Below are positions 37,137 through 50,600 of a DNA stretch of 64,000 bases, piece after piece. The stretch spans positions 132,528 through 196,527 of the forward strand of contig NIVC01001603.1 of the NCBI GenBank assembly GCA_002269645.1, in the 5' to 3' direction. A program made the translations under genes and the position numbers. The notes below the pieces were generated by a model. The model did not search any database, was not told where the DNA came from, and saw only the letters and a list, made by a program, of their open reading frames with translations. The first letter of the stretch is position 1. Each line of letters begins with the position of its first letter. The stretch is from Macrostomum lignano (lineage: Eukaryota).

Positions 37137-40100
37137 TAAATATATTAGCCAATTGCTATCAAGTAGCTATTTAGTTATAGCTATTTAGTTATAAAATATA
37201 TGAAAACTTAAAGTAACTTTCATTTAGTTATTCTTATATACCACTGAAATTATTTGCATTACTGAATGTGCGAGTGTGAGTTATTTTTTGCTTTAGAGAA
37301 AATGTGCATTATTTTTTATCTGCTTTAATGTGTCTAAGGAGCTTGTCTGCAATTTAATTCCAATCCTATTCACTTGTATTGAGCTACTGATAGATCTATC
37401 TATATTTCTGTCTCAGTAAAAATCGTATTTCATTTTTTTATTATTATTTACATCCGGTGTTGTCATTATTTAATTCAAATTCTTACAACTTATTCTGTTT
37501 TAATATGTTAATTACGTGAATTTAAATTTCGCAGTCGAGAGACCGACCCTTACTATGGCATGGACCCGCTGCACAGGGCATTGTGTACGTGTCAGGAGAT
37601 TATTTTTTTAGGTTCTGTTATAAATATGTTTGGTTAAAGTATAAATGTAAGTTACAATTGGTCTTGTCCGTTCGCTGACACTACTAATAATGTGTAAAAA
37701 TATTTATTGCTACTAACAGTAGAAACTGGTGAGTTCTTTCTGATATTTCAGTTAGCAGGTGGTTCGCTTTAATAGCACGGTTGATTGGTTCTCGGCTTGC
37801 TTCAGTGTCTTTTTCATCGCTTTGTTAAACCAGTTGATTAGTTATTGCATTTACTAATTACTAAATTGACATCAATTGGTATTGCAATTGTCTCAGTGCA
37901 TGCGCATTACTTACTAAAAGTAGGATAGTTGTCTATTTCCATATTTTGCCGCTAAATCTGCCAATTTTATGAATTTCAAAACTACAGTAAAACATGCATA
38001 GACATCCTAGTAACTTCAATGTGTAGCGAACCTCTAAAACTTAAACACAAAAAAATCAGACCACCTTTTGTCATTGACTGCAAGTAATGCTTTTAGGTTC
38101 TTTATAAAATCCTTGTCCATCTTGTGACTTTTTAGCGACTCAAAAAAAGTCTCGTGAGTTGAAGAATCGTAAAAAAGAGTCGCTCATTGATAATATTAGA
38201 AATTGATTATATAAAAGTTTAGAACTTATATAACTTTTTTTAATGTCTATGATTATTGATTTGATTTTCTATTGAACCGCAGTGGAAAATACTCCGACTG
38301 GGGCGAGCAGTGCCGACACTGCCAGCGAAGACGGTGACGTCAGTGTGGTTGCGCGAAGGCCGAGAACAACTTGAACTTTTGCTATATTAATTATTCTAGA
38401 ATTATTTATTTAGGCTCATTAGAGTATATAAATATGATGATACTTACACACGAATGTCCTACTATTTTTGTGTATTTCTGAACTATTTTGATCCGAGGCT
38501 TGGGCAGAATTTTTTTATTGATTTCTTGTAAATAATATACGAAAGTATATTACTTATGCATTAATATGGTAATGGTAAAACCGTAATCTCACTTTGTTTG
38601 TTTATTCAGTTTTCACATGCATAGCTATTAGAAATCTGGCAACGTATTAGTATATAACATACCGTTATAACAATATTTGTTATTTAAATGTATACTCTAC
38701 TATGTATCATTCAAGGAATCGCTGCTTAAGTAGATTGGGAAACCTCGTCTTTATAAAAACTTCTAAGATTGCATGGTCGGGTTTTACTCGGAAAAATACG
38801 TATATATAAACAGTTTCATTATTTTGACGATCTTTTTTATTAAAAATGCTTGTTTTGTGGTCGTTTAAAATATTTCTTACTCTATTGATTTCTATAAAGC
38901 TTTATCTTCTAAAGTTTTAAGAAAAATCAACAGTTGTCTTCAATCTTTCAAGCTTATTTCATCAAAGAAGTGATACTTTTTTAAAATTATAAGAATTATA
39001 ACGCTTTCAAAAAATCCTTAAAAATGAATGATAATTTCTAAACAATTAAAACTACCCAAATCTGCAATAGATTATTTGTCACGCTCAACCAGTAGATAGA
39101 ATTTGTTTTTTAGAGCAAGGGTTCCCTTGTACTTAAGTCGTCCTCAACATAATTGTCAAAGTATAACAATGCTGCTTTTGAATTAATGAAGAATATGTTT
39201 TGCATTCAAAGCGAAGCTATTTTTTTCTAAATCTACATTCGCTATATTTAAGTATATATACCGGTATGTGTGTGTAAATAGAATCTGCTTATTACTTCAA
39301 TAAACTTTTATTTTGCCTGATTAAATGTTTTATCTTGCAAAAGCAATAATGCAACACGAAAGTAATTTATTTCGTTTAATTATTTATTTTAGATTAACGC
39401 ATACACAATGTACTTTTTTAGTCACGGAATCAGTTCAAATGATGCATGCACAATGTTCAGCAGCAAGGATTATCTGATGCGATGTTTGAATATTGTAAAT
39501 TAGTGCTGATCGTGTCATCACAAACTACAATTGCAAAACATAGGTTTGCAGAACTCAGTATAGTCACTCACAAATAAACTACAGTGTAGCACCAAAGCTT
39601 TAAACAAACTGAAACAAGTTAAAGTAGTTATTGAAAATAAAATTTAGCTTCAGCGCAAAAATAATAACAGTATAGCTTTGAACTATTCAGAGAGCGACAA
39701 ATTCTAAGAATATATATGCTCGTTAAACGATAATCGAACAACAATTCGGAGCGAAAAATAACTGGCCGTAGACTGCATTACAACAAAACTAGCTACTTTA
39801 ACTAAATTAACAGACAAACGATCGTTATATTCTATTTCTTCGTAGCAGAAGAAATACAATAACTACTAAATCGACTTTATAAACTGATTTATAGTTTGTA
39901 CTTTAAATCAAGACCGTTTGACTGTTAATTTTGAATTAAAAAGGCGATGGCGCTAGTTCCATGAATGAAAGCGGTGCATGTAGTTGCTGAATCGCTGAAC
40001 ATCTATTTTTTACGGTAAAAATCTACGAGCTATGATTTCAATAATCTTTAATATATTTTGTACATCGACTTTTCATGTACACAGTGGATATACGTGTTAT

Positions 40101-40655
40101 GTAACCTTCGGTGGTTCTTGGTACACTTACTGTTTCGTACAATGAAGAAAATCTATAAATCCTTTTAAAAAGAATCCCCACAACTGACTTCTGCCCTACC
40201 GCAGCCAGCTAAGTGTTGAAGTACGGGATTATTGTTCCTTGGAAAACTTTGAAGGCTCCCACGTTGGAACAGCTGACATGTGCAGGCACTTTATTTCACT
40301 AATTTCACCGGAAATTGGCTTTTACTGATTTAGGAAAGTTTTCAGCCTGTATAATAATAGCATTGAATCGACAATATTTATATCAATATCCCCACCTGTA
40401 CTTTAAATGTGTTTATTTGAGCGTTGACTAAACAGGCTTTACTTGACAAACTTTGAATTTATTCAACAGCAAAATCCATGCAGTTTGTTTGCTAAACGGA
40501 TTTCCCTAAGATTTGTTAAAGCTTTCCAGGCAAGCATTCGTCGACAAAAATAGACAAGAAAAATGCTGCTAAAACATTCTCTGAACTTGCTTTATTTGCC
40601 GAGGTCTTGCATGCCATGCATCAAATTGCTATTCAACTGTATCTATTCGATAATA

Positions 40656-41357
40656 TACCTTTTTGCGATCTAGTTTGCCAAAACTGCAGTCAATTTTGCC
40701 CGCGGAAAAATATCACTTATAATTTTGCTGTCTATGCCAAGTCTGCTCAGTCATGACCAGAGTTTCAGCCACAGACAACTCTTTGAAAACTGCAATCAAT
40801 TTTGCCCAAACTGCGACCTAGTTTGCCCATAGCAAAGAAAACACCACAGACATACATAGCAAGATCAAAGAATGGCCCAGCGTGGACCTTATAACAGGAT
40901 TTCAGCGAAGGACCGGCAGCGATTGATTCAAGCATATCAGGATGGAGAGGACTGGCAAGATTTCGGTAGGCTATTGGGCATCTCGCGAAGAACCGTGACT
41001 TACATAGTTGGACAATTCAACGCAACCGGTCGTATAGAGTCTCTGCCTCGCGGAGGTGCCAAGCGGAGGTCCCTTAACAATGCTATGATTGAGAGCATTT
41101 ATTGTTCTGTTTATTGTTCACTGTTACAGTTTATTTCGTCACACTTCCGAATTGATCCTCAATAAAATTCTTCTTGGCTTGCTATGGGCAAACTAGGTCG
41201 CAGTTTTGGCAAAATTGATTGCAGTTTTCAAAGAGTTGTCTGTGGCTGAAACTCTGGTCATGACTGAGCAGACTTGGCCTAGACAGCAAAAGTATAAGTG
41301 ATATTTTCCGCGGGAAAAATTGATTGCAGTTTTGGCCAACTAGTTCGCAAAAAAGTA
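40656..41357 (+). mobile_element. Internally deleted Tc1/mariner(IS630)-like element with ~185-bp TIRs
   Basis: Near-perfect long inverted repeats (ttttgcgatctagtttgccaaaactgc...gcccatagcaa versus its reverse complement at about 41180-41357) with TA flanks. ORF 40872-41165 encodes only a paired-like HTH N-terminus (LLGISRRTVTYIV...PRGG); no DDE domain. Confidence 0.85.
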
Positions 41358-41623
41358 TACTAATAATGGTAATAAATACGCGTATAGCTAGGTTTTTTAG
41401 TCTTAAGCTCGTACCAGAACGATGAGAATAAAGGAGCGTCTGCCCTAAAGTAAATTATGTGAAGGCCCCCCAGTGCTCTGTTCCCCACCTTACGATCTGT
41501 GCTGGATATATATTCAAAAGTCCTTCTATTTACATTTAGAAGGGTGCAAAGCGGCCCTGACTTTCTAATCGTCAGACGTCAACGCAACCTCGAAAAGGTA
41601 TTCGACATCGAGTCTATGCCTAG

Positions 41624-44600
41624 CTACTCAACAAACGACACATCCCAGAAGATGAACGCTTGCAGCAACGCGGAGGCGACTACGAATAGCCAGAAGAACA
41701 GGCGATCAGCGGCCAGGCTGACCAACTGCCAGTCCTTGCTGACGCCCTCCCGGTAGCCGCCTCTGGGCGCGTGCGGCTGTGCCAGGGGCGTCCTAATTAG
41801 GTCGTCTCGATCCGCTGGACTCCCTTCTCTACCGAGCGACTCCTCTCTTGCAGCGGTGATTTCGCCGTACTCCAGACTGCAGAAGCACAAAGTTCGATGC
41901 AGTGTGCGTTGCCTACATTTATTAACGCGTCCGCTTGCGTCCTGGCGTCTATTGACCGGATAACGCTCACGGATGGCCTCGTCGCGTTGGTATTGCTGCA
42001 CTGGCGAGCCCGCACGGCTGCTGTGCCAGCAGTTGTCGGTGTCATCGGCTGCTTTAACATCGCCATGAGTGGCCATGTGCTTGAGGTTTCTGGCGCTAGC
42101 CGGTAGGGAGCGTTGTAGAGGAGACACCGCAATGTTGGTTGTTGGTCCTGGATGCGTTTTTAGGTTGGCAGGGCGTGTATAAAGCTACGTAAGTGACTGG
42201 AGTGATGAAGCGCGATATAAATAACCCTTTCTCCGTGTCTCTAGCTGAGTCCTGACACCCTTTCCTAACGTCTGTCTGGGTCCTGACACCCTTTCCTAGC
42301 GTCTTTCTGAGCATCTCTGGGTCCTGACACCCTTTCTGAGCATCTCTTTGGGTCCTGACACCTTTCTGAGCATCTCTCTGGGTCCTGACACCTTTCTGAG
42401 CATCTCTTTGGGTCCTGACACCCTTTCTGAGCATCTCTTTGGATCCTGACACCCTTTCTGAGCATCTCTTTGGGTCCTGACACCTTTCTGAGCATCTCTC
42501 TGGGTCCTGACACCTTTCTGAGCATCTCTTTGGGTCCTGACACCTTTCTGAGCATCTCTCTGGGTCCTGACACCTTTCTGAGCATCTCTTTGGGTCCTGA
42601 CACCCTTTCTGAGCATCTCTTTGGGTCCTGACACCCTTTCTGAGCATCTCTTTGGGTCCTGACACCTTTCTGAGCATCTCTCTGGGTCCTGACACCTTTC
42701 TGAGCATCTCTTTGGGTCCTGACACCTTTCTGAGCATCTCTTTGGGTCCTGACACCCTTTCTGAGCATCTCTTTGGGTCCTGACACCCTTTCTGAGCATC
42801 TCTTTGGGTCCTGACATTTTTAAATGTCTGTCTGGGTTCTGACACGTTTTTTCAGTGTGTGAGTCCTGATACCCTGAAACTCTGATTTCCTAACGGCAAT
42901 ATTTTTTATTCTAGTGTATTATTTCCTCGATTTAAAACCCTAGACCGACCGTTGATGAACTTTGTTAAAACTGCACAGCGCTAGTCAGCTGTCAGTGAAA
43001 GCTAACCTTTCTTGAGAATCAGCAGACAGCCGAGGCTAATGAAAATGTCTAAACCAAAGCTCGAATGACTGGGTATGTTAGATATCGAATGCAGATTTTT
43101 GTCAAGAAATCCGCGGACACCCGCAACCTTACATGTATTTTCAACTTGAACCTGAGCCTCTAAGACCCATATCGACTCTATCTATCTAAAAGCCGTACCT
43201 ATAGTTTCTAGATAACCTCAGCCTCAAACTCATTACTGATCTTTAGAATCTCATATCGACGTCTCTGGGAATTCAACATCGACTTTTAGAACCCATTTAC
43301 TGACGTCTAAAGTCCAAATCGACATCTAGAACCCACAAAGCAGCCTCTAGAAGTCACAGCGATCTATAGGGACCTTTAAAACCCATTGGCTAAACGTCTA
43401 AAAAACCCTTTATCGATCTCTAGAACCCAATATCGACCTCTAGAACCCAATATCGACCTCTAGAAATGAATGTCGACCTATTGAACCAATATTGACCTCT
43501 AGAACCCAATATCGACCTCTAGAACAAAATATTGACCTCTAAAACCCAGTATCGACCTCTAGAACACAATGTCGACCTCTGAAACCAGATGTCGACCTCT
43601 GAAACCAGATGTCGACCTCTAGAACCAAATATCGACCTCTAGAACCAATATCGACCTCTAAAACCAATATGGACTTCTAGAACCAGTATCGACCTCTAAT
43701 AACTCCAGTACCTGTAGAACCAGTATTGACCTCTAGAACCCAATATCGACTCTGGATCAATATTGACCTCTAGACCCAAAAATATCGACCTCTGGAACCA
43801 GATGTCGACATCTAGAACCCAATATCGACCTCTAGGACCCAATATTGACCTCTAGAACCCAATGTCAACCTCTACAATTCAATGTCGACCTCTACAATTC
43901 AATGTCGACCTCTAGAACCCAATATCAACCTCTAGAACCCATATTGACCTCTACCCATATTGGCACCCATATTGGCACCCAATATCGACCTCTAGAACCC
44001 AATATCGACCTCTAGAACCCAATATCGACCTCTAGAACCCAATATCAAACCTATCGAGACGCCAAACAAACTTTTAGAGCCTTAGCTTTGAGGCAATTCA
44101 ATTCTCAGTCCCACAACTCACTGTATCCAGACAGCACCGGTGAGGCCTCCTCCTCATCAGCGGGCGGCGACGAAACATCGACTCCACCGTCGCCTCGGTC
44201 GCCGCCTCTGACGCAGTGCACAGACCAGGAGAATAATATTACTCGACAAGCTTTTAGTAGCCGCTTTGGCACGGGCCGATCAAGTCTGGCGGCGTTGCTA
44301 TAGAGATTGGTTACTATGACGGCCATGATCAGAGCCACCGACACCATCAGCATTGATGTGCCGTACAGCAGACCTGACGGTTGTGATAGTATTTGAATCG
44401 GTGATATTGACTAGACTTTTTAGTTTTTCTTAGTTTCTTAAGATTAGTAGTTCCATGAATAAGTGAACCTAGCTATCAAAGACGAATTCCCTAGCTACGA
44501 AAAAGGAATTCCCTAGCTACCTAAATGGAATTCCCTAGCTATCAAAGAGGAATTCCCTTAGCCCATTGCCGTGTGAATAGCAGCTGAAGAGTTTCTTTTT

Positions 44601-47600
44601 GGTAGCTAAGGAATTCCTTTTTGGTAGCTAGGGAATTCCTCTTTGATAGCTAGGGAATTCCTCTTTGATAGCTAGGGAATTCCTCTTTGATAGCTAGGGA
44701 ATTCCTTTTTGGTAGCTAGGGAATTCCTCTTTGATAGCTAGGGAATTCCTCTTTGATAGCTAGGAAATTCCTCTTTGATAGCTAGGGAATTCCTCTTTGA
44801 TAGCTAGGGAATTCCTCTTTGATAGCTAGGGAATTCCTCTTTGATAGCTAGGGAATTCCTCTTTGATAGCTAGGGAATTCCTCTTTGATAGCTAGGGAAT
44901 TCCTCTTTGATAGCTAGGGAATTCCTCTTTGATAGCTAGGGAATTCCTCTTTGATAGCTAGGGAATTCCTCTTTGATAGCTAGGGAATTCCTCTTTGATA
45001 GCTATGGAATTCCTCTTTGATAGCTAGGGAATTCCTCTTTGATAGCTAGGGAATTCCTCTTTGATAGCTAGGGAATTCCTCTTTGATAGCTAGGGAATTC
45101 CTCTTTGATAGCTAGGGAATTCCTCTTTGATAGATAGGGAATTCCTCTTTGATAGCTAGGGAATTCCTCTTTGATAGCTAGGGAATTCCTCTTTGATAGC
45201 TAGGGAATTCCTCTTTGATAGCTAGTATGCCCTTGCTTACCAGTAGCTGGGGTATTCCACTTTTGTACTTTTAGTAGCCCTAATTGACCTAATTCAATAA
45301 ACTCACCCAGTATTGGCACAACATCAGGCGTCGGCGGCAGCACCTCCCCGGCAATGATGAGGAACACCACCAGCGCCAACAGGATAGTGATTTCAAGGTT
45401 CACTTTCTCACCAGACTCCACTGGCAGAAAGAATCCAAGAAATGAGCAACAGTAGATGAGCAGGCATGGGAATATCAAGTTCATAATGTAGAACAGGCTT
45501 CTTCTGCGCATATGGATCCGATAGTGCACATTGGGAAACTGGTCATCTTTGCAGCAGACAAATATCTTCACCTCTCTCAGGTGGGTGATCTTCTCTACGA
45601 ACCATTCTTGGCCCTCGGGATTGTAGAAGTTGTTGTTGGTCACGCTCTCGTCTATGTGGAGGTCAAGCTGAAGGGTTCAAAAAATCAGTTCATTTTTTGT
45701 CCCGTAAGGTCTATCATTCCACGCATAGACAACACTTAACCGATACTTGTAGCAATTTGAACATGGATGTAAGAGGGATTGTAGTGTAGTGGTTTGAGTG
45801 TCTGACTCACGACTGAAAGGTCGAAGGTTCGATTCTCGACCCAATCGGAACATTTTGTGTCCTTGAGCAAGACACTTAACTCTGCATTGCTTCAGTTCAT
45901 CCAGCTGTAAAATGGGTGCCAGCATTAGCTGGGGTAATTGAGGGCGTGTGTCTGGCGACCCCCCCCCCAGTCCTTGGATTGAACAGCCGGAGTTTTCCGA
46001 CCTCTGCCATAGACTATTCACTGAATGTCATTTTCACCCCTCACCATTCTGCTGCCGAAAGTCCAGGAGAAGAAGGACACATTGCAGATCTGGCTGTCGA
46101 ATGGGAACAGTTCAATGTCGAATTCGCAATAGGTTTTAGTAACCATGGGGTACATCCACAGCACTGTGCCATCGCTGCTCACGATGGCGTTGGTGTTGAT
46201 GTGCTCGCTATAGTCGTCATCAGCGCTTGAACGGAAAAGTTAAGTTTTTAACAATTTTTAGGAAAGACGGGTTACGACGTTTCTTGGGAAATTTTAGGAG
46301 GCAGGTTTTACCGAAAGAAGACATTGCGGAGACAAGAACTTGTCATTTCTTTCAGCAGAAAAATTGTAATTGATTTTGATAGAAGTAGGATTCTATGGTT
46401 ATTCTATATATCCTTGCGTACAATATTACTTTAAAGACTCACTAGTTGCTGATAAGGATATCCGGTAGCCAGAGATTACTGGCCGAGATCCAAATCTTGC
46501 TGGTGTTGCCGAACTCTTCAGGGTCCCATTGCAAGTAGCTGTCTGTCCAACGCTGAGAGATGAGATTATTGTTTTGTGATACCGAGTTATTCACTTTACT
46601 GAATTATAATATGAAATATATCAATTAGGTACGCTAAAATTGATTCAACACCTACCAATCGAACTGAAATCAGCGACTTCATAGTCTGGTATTTTTCGTC
46701 CTGTTGAAATTGAAAGTTAGCGTTTTGCGTCTGTTATATTAATAAATGATATCTGGATATATGCACTTTGCTCGTAGGAGTGCCAACGAACTCTATCCAA
46801 TATAAGCAAAATGGAGTGAAACGCTGCGGAAAAAAAGTTTTGGTATTTGCTGTCCCCACCGCCTGTGCAGTGCCTTCAAGCCAAGTAGTCCCTCTTTCCT
46901 ACTTCCTTCATGCAATGTTTAGGTCAAACGAAATTGCCCTCACTCCACGAGTTTCCTCTTCTAGAAGGAAGTGGAAGTTCCCTACACAAGCGATCGAGGT
47001 CTTCTATATAAATTTACTTCCTCTACTCCCGCTGGCGATGCTACATGCTGTCTCTCTCTCTTTTTTTGGCATCGCAATACGGACTAAACATCTTACGTAT
47101 ATATAGAAAGGATACGATCTGAGTCGTTTGATTCTCTCTCTTTAGCTACTCCGAAAAGGGAGCCTTAATTATACAGTACAGCATGCCGATCTCCATCCAA
47201 GCTGATATACTATGAATCTTTGATGGAAAAGTTAACTAAGCGAGCTTGAATTCCAACTAGGAACTTGTTCTGCGTGCCGAGGCAGCTGAATTCATTAATC
47301 TGATCGCGTGTACTTTTACAGATTATACACAAGTATTCACTATAGTGTGAGGTCTTTTGCAGCCAAATAATCCGTGCAAATGATTAATTACGAGTGGAAA
47401 AACAGTGCCGGCCCTCTGCTGCCACCTTTCTTGATGGAAACGCAAAGTATGAGTGTAAAAACAAGCTTTTCCCTTTTCATACTTTTTCCTCTCTGTTCTG
47501 TTATTTATCAAAACAACAGGTGCCTAGCAGCTGGTAAAACAGGAATTCAAATGATCGCTATAAAATGGCGGTGTCTGAACATCTGCGATGGGGTCTTTCG

Positions 47601-50600
47601 CGGATATGTACTTACAGTTCAATTTGATTGCAACAAGGGCGATGTTTAACCACATTTTATTGGCTGCCTAGATTGGTCACGTGCTCGGCTATATTTCATG
47701 GTTGCTATAAATAGCAGCCAATAAAAACATAGGAGCAATGCCGCGACGAGTGACGTCACTTCTGTGTGTAAATGGTTGCTTTACTCAGAACTAGTTCATC
47801 ATGTACTTTAACTCACCGTGTCCAAAATATGAAAGAGCGAGAATCCAACAAATACCACAACCGGCTCGCTATCGTTCAACACTGGCCGAGACACTTTCTG
47901 ATAGCTGTCCATGATGGTAGCCTTGATCTGGTATTCGAAGCTGCGGTTCTCCATCTCGCTGGCGTTCAACGAGTGCCAAGGCCAGCTGCGGCTCAACGGC
48001 CCGCTGTCTCCGCCGCTTCCGTCGCTGCCGCGGCTGCCGCCCCGGTCCTTCCGGCGGAACATGCCTTTGCGCAGGCCCGAGGCTGAAGATTTGCATTGTT
48101 AATCTGCTTGTTTCTGGTGTTCTTATTTGGACACAAAAGTCACGCTTAGCTTTATACGAAGATACGGGTACAAGAACGAGGATTTTGGTATGCGACAAAT
48201 ACCCTCTGAGTATTTCCTGGCGAGAAATAAATACCCTCTAGAGATCCAGGATGTTCGGTTATATAAATACCCTTCTTGAGATCCGGGATGTTGAATAGAT
48301 ACCCTTCCAGGATGTTCGGTTGAACACCCTTCGCGGAGATTCCAAGATGTTCACATTATTGCTGCCTACGTTCCTATATTTCATGGTTGCTATAAATAGC
48401 AGCCAATAAAAACATAGGAGCAATGCCGCGACGAGTGACGTCACTTCTGTGTGTAAATGGTTGCTTTACTCAGAACTAGTTCATCATGTACTTTAACTCA
48501 CCGTGTCCAAAATATGAAAGAGCGAGAATCCAACAAATACCACAACCGGCTCGCTATCGTTCAACACTGGCCGAGACACTTTCTGATAGCTGTCCATGAT
48601 GGTAGCCTTGATCTGGTATTCGAAGCTGCGGTTCTCCATCTCGCTGGCGTTCAACGAGTGCCAAGGCCAGCTGCGGCTCAACGGCCCGCTGTCTCCGCCG
48701 CTTCCGTCGCTGCCGCGGCTGCCGCCCCGGTCCTTCCGGCGGAACATGCCTTTGCGCAGGCCCGAGGCTGAAGATTTGCATTGTTAATCTGCTTGTTTCT
48801 GGGTGTTCTTATTTGGACACAAAAGTCACGCTTAGCTTTATACGAAGATACGGGTACAAGAACGAGGATTTTGGTATGCGACAAATACCCTCTGAGTATT
48901 TCCTGGCGAGAAATAAATACCCTCTAGAGATCCAGGATGTTCGGTTATATAAATACCCTTCTTGAGATCCGGGATGTTGAATAGATACCCTTCTTGAGAT
49001 CCAGGATGTTCGGTTAGATAAACACCCTTCCGGAGATCCAAGATGTTCGATTATATGCATGTAAATACCGTTCCAAAGATCCAGGATGTGGGATAAATAC
49101 CCTCAGAAGATCAAATTCGAGAATTGCCCCTGAAATATTTGGTGTGATCCATTAGTACTTCTAATAACTAATTGCAAAACGTGGCTAAATACCCAAATAA
49201 TGAAGAATCGGAATATGAGAAAAACACCCCTTCAAGACCGATCAGAGAGTGTACATAGCGCACGATTAATACCCTCTGAAGATCCGAGGCAGGGTTTGAA
49301 GTATGGCACTATGTCAAGTGTGCATAGAACTTCCCAAATAAATAGAGTTACTATGTATTTTCTGTTGTGCAGAGAGGCCTTGACTGCAATCATACGTAAT
49401 CCCCAGTCTTAGCTTCCCAGTAATCCCTCGCAAAGCCAGTATATACTAGTATTATACTTCACACTAATCAAAACTGCTGGCTTAATCTTTTATACCCCTA
49501 GCAATCTGATTCAGTTAGCAAAATCTTCATTATGTCACTGGGAAGAATTATTTTGAAGTCAATTCAGTATAATCTCCTGACTGCTGCTCAAGTGCTCACT
49601 TGCATGCACCCTCATCCCGATCAAGATTGACTGCTGTCAAGTGCTTGACACAAATGACCGTTTTTTATGCGTGCAACTTATGTACAATACTTGTCCTTAG
49701 CGTCTATTTTATACGACTGATTTTAACGACTCTTAATCAGGTAATGAATTCATTAATGAATTAATGAGTTCGTGAGTAAGTTCATAAGTTAAGTTCATGA
49801 GTGAGTTCATGAGTGATTTCATGAGTGATTTTATGAGTGATTTCATGAGTGAGTTCATGAGTGATTTCATGAGTGAGCTCATGAGTGAGTTCATGGGTGA
49901 GTTCATGAGTGAGTTCATGAGTGAGTTCATGAGTGAGTTTATGAGTGATTTCATGAGTGAGTTCATGAGTGAGTTCATGAGTGAGTTCATGAGTGAGTTC
50001 ATGAGTGAGTTCATGAGTGAGTTCATGAGTGAGTTCATGGGTGAGTTCATGAGTGAGATCATGAGTGAGTTCATGAGTGAGTTCATGAGTGAGATCATGA
50101 GTGATTTCATGAGTGAGATCATGAGTGAGTTCATGAGTGAGTTCATGAGTGAGTTCATGAGTGAGTTCATGAGTGAGTTCATGAGTGAGTTTATGAGTGA
50201 TTTCATGAGTGAGTTCATGAGTGAGTTCATGAGTGAGTTCATGAGTGAGTTCATGAGTGAGTTCATGAGTGAGTTCATGAGTGAGATCATGAGTGAGTTC
50301 ATGAGTGAGATCATGAGTGAGTTCATGAGTGAGTTCATGAGTGATTTAATGAGTGAGTTCATGAGTGAGTTCATGAGTGAGATCATGAGTGAGTTCATGA
50401 GTGAGTTCATGAGTGAGATCATGAGTGATTTCATGAGTGAGTTCATGAGTGAGTTCATGAGTGAGTTCATGAGTGAGTTCATGAGTGAGATCATGAGTGA
50501 GTTCATGAGTGAGTTCATGAGTGAGTTCATGAGTGAGTTCATGAGTGAGATCATGAGTGATTTCATGAGTGAGATCATGAGTGATTTCATGAGTGAGTTC

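Noticed and set aside
40170-40330. THAP-like AVPT motif on the minus strand
   Set aside because: A single short motif without the C2CH pattern.
42990-43075. Extra receptor exon in intron 7
   Set aside because: Phase-incompatible; exons 7 and 8 already join in frame.
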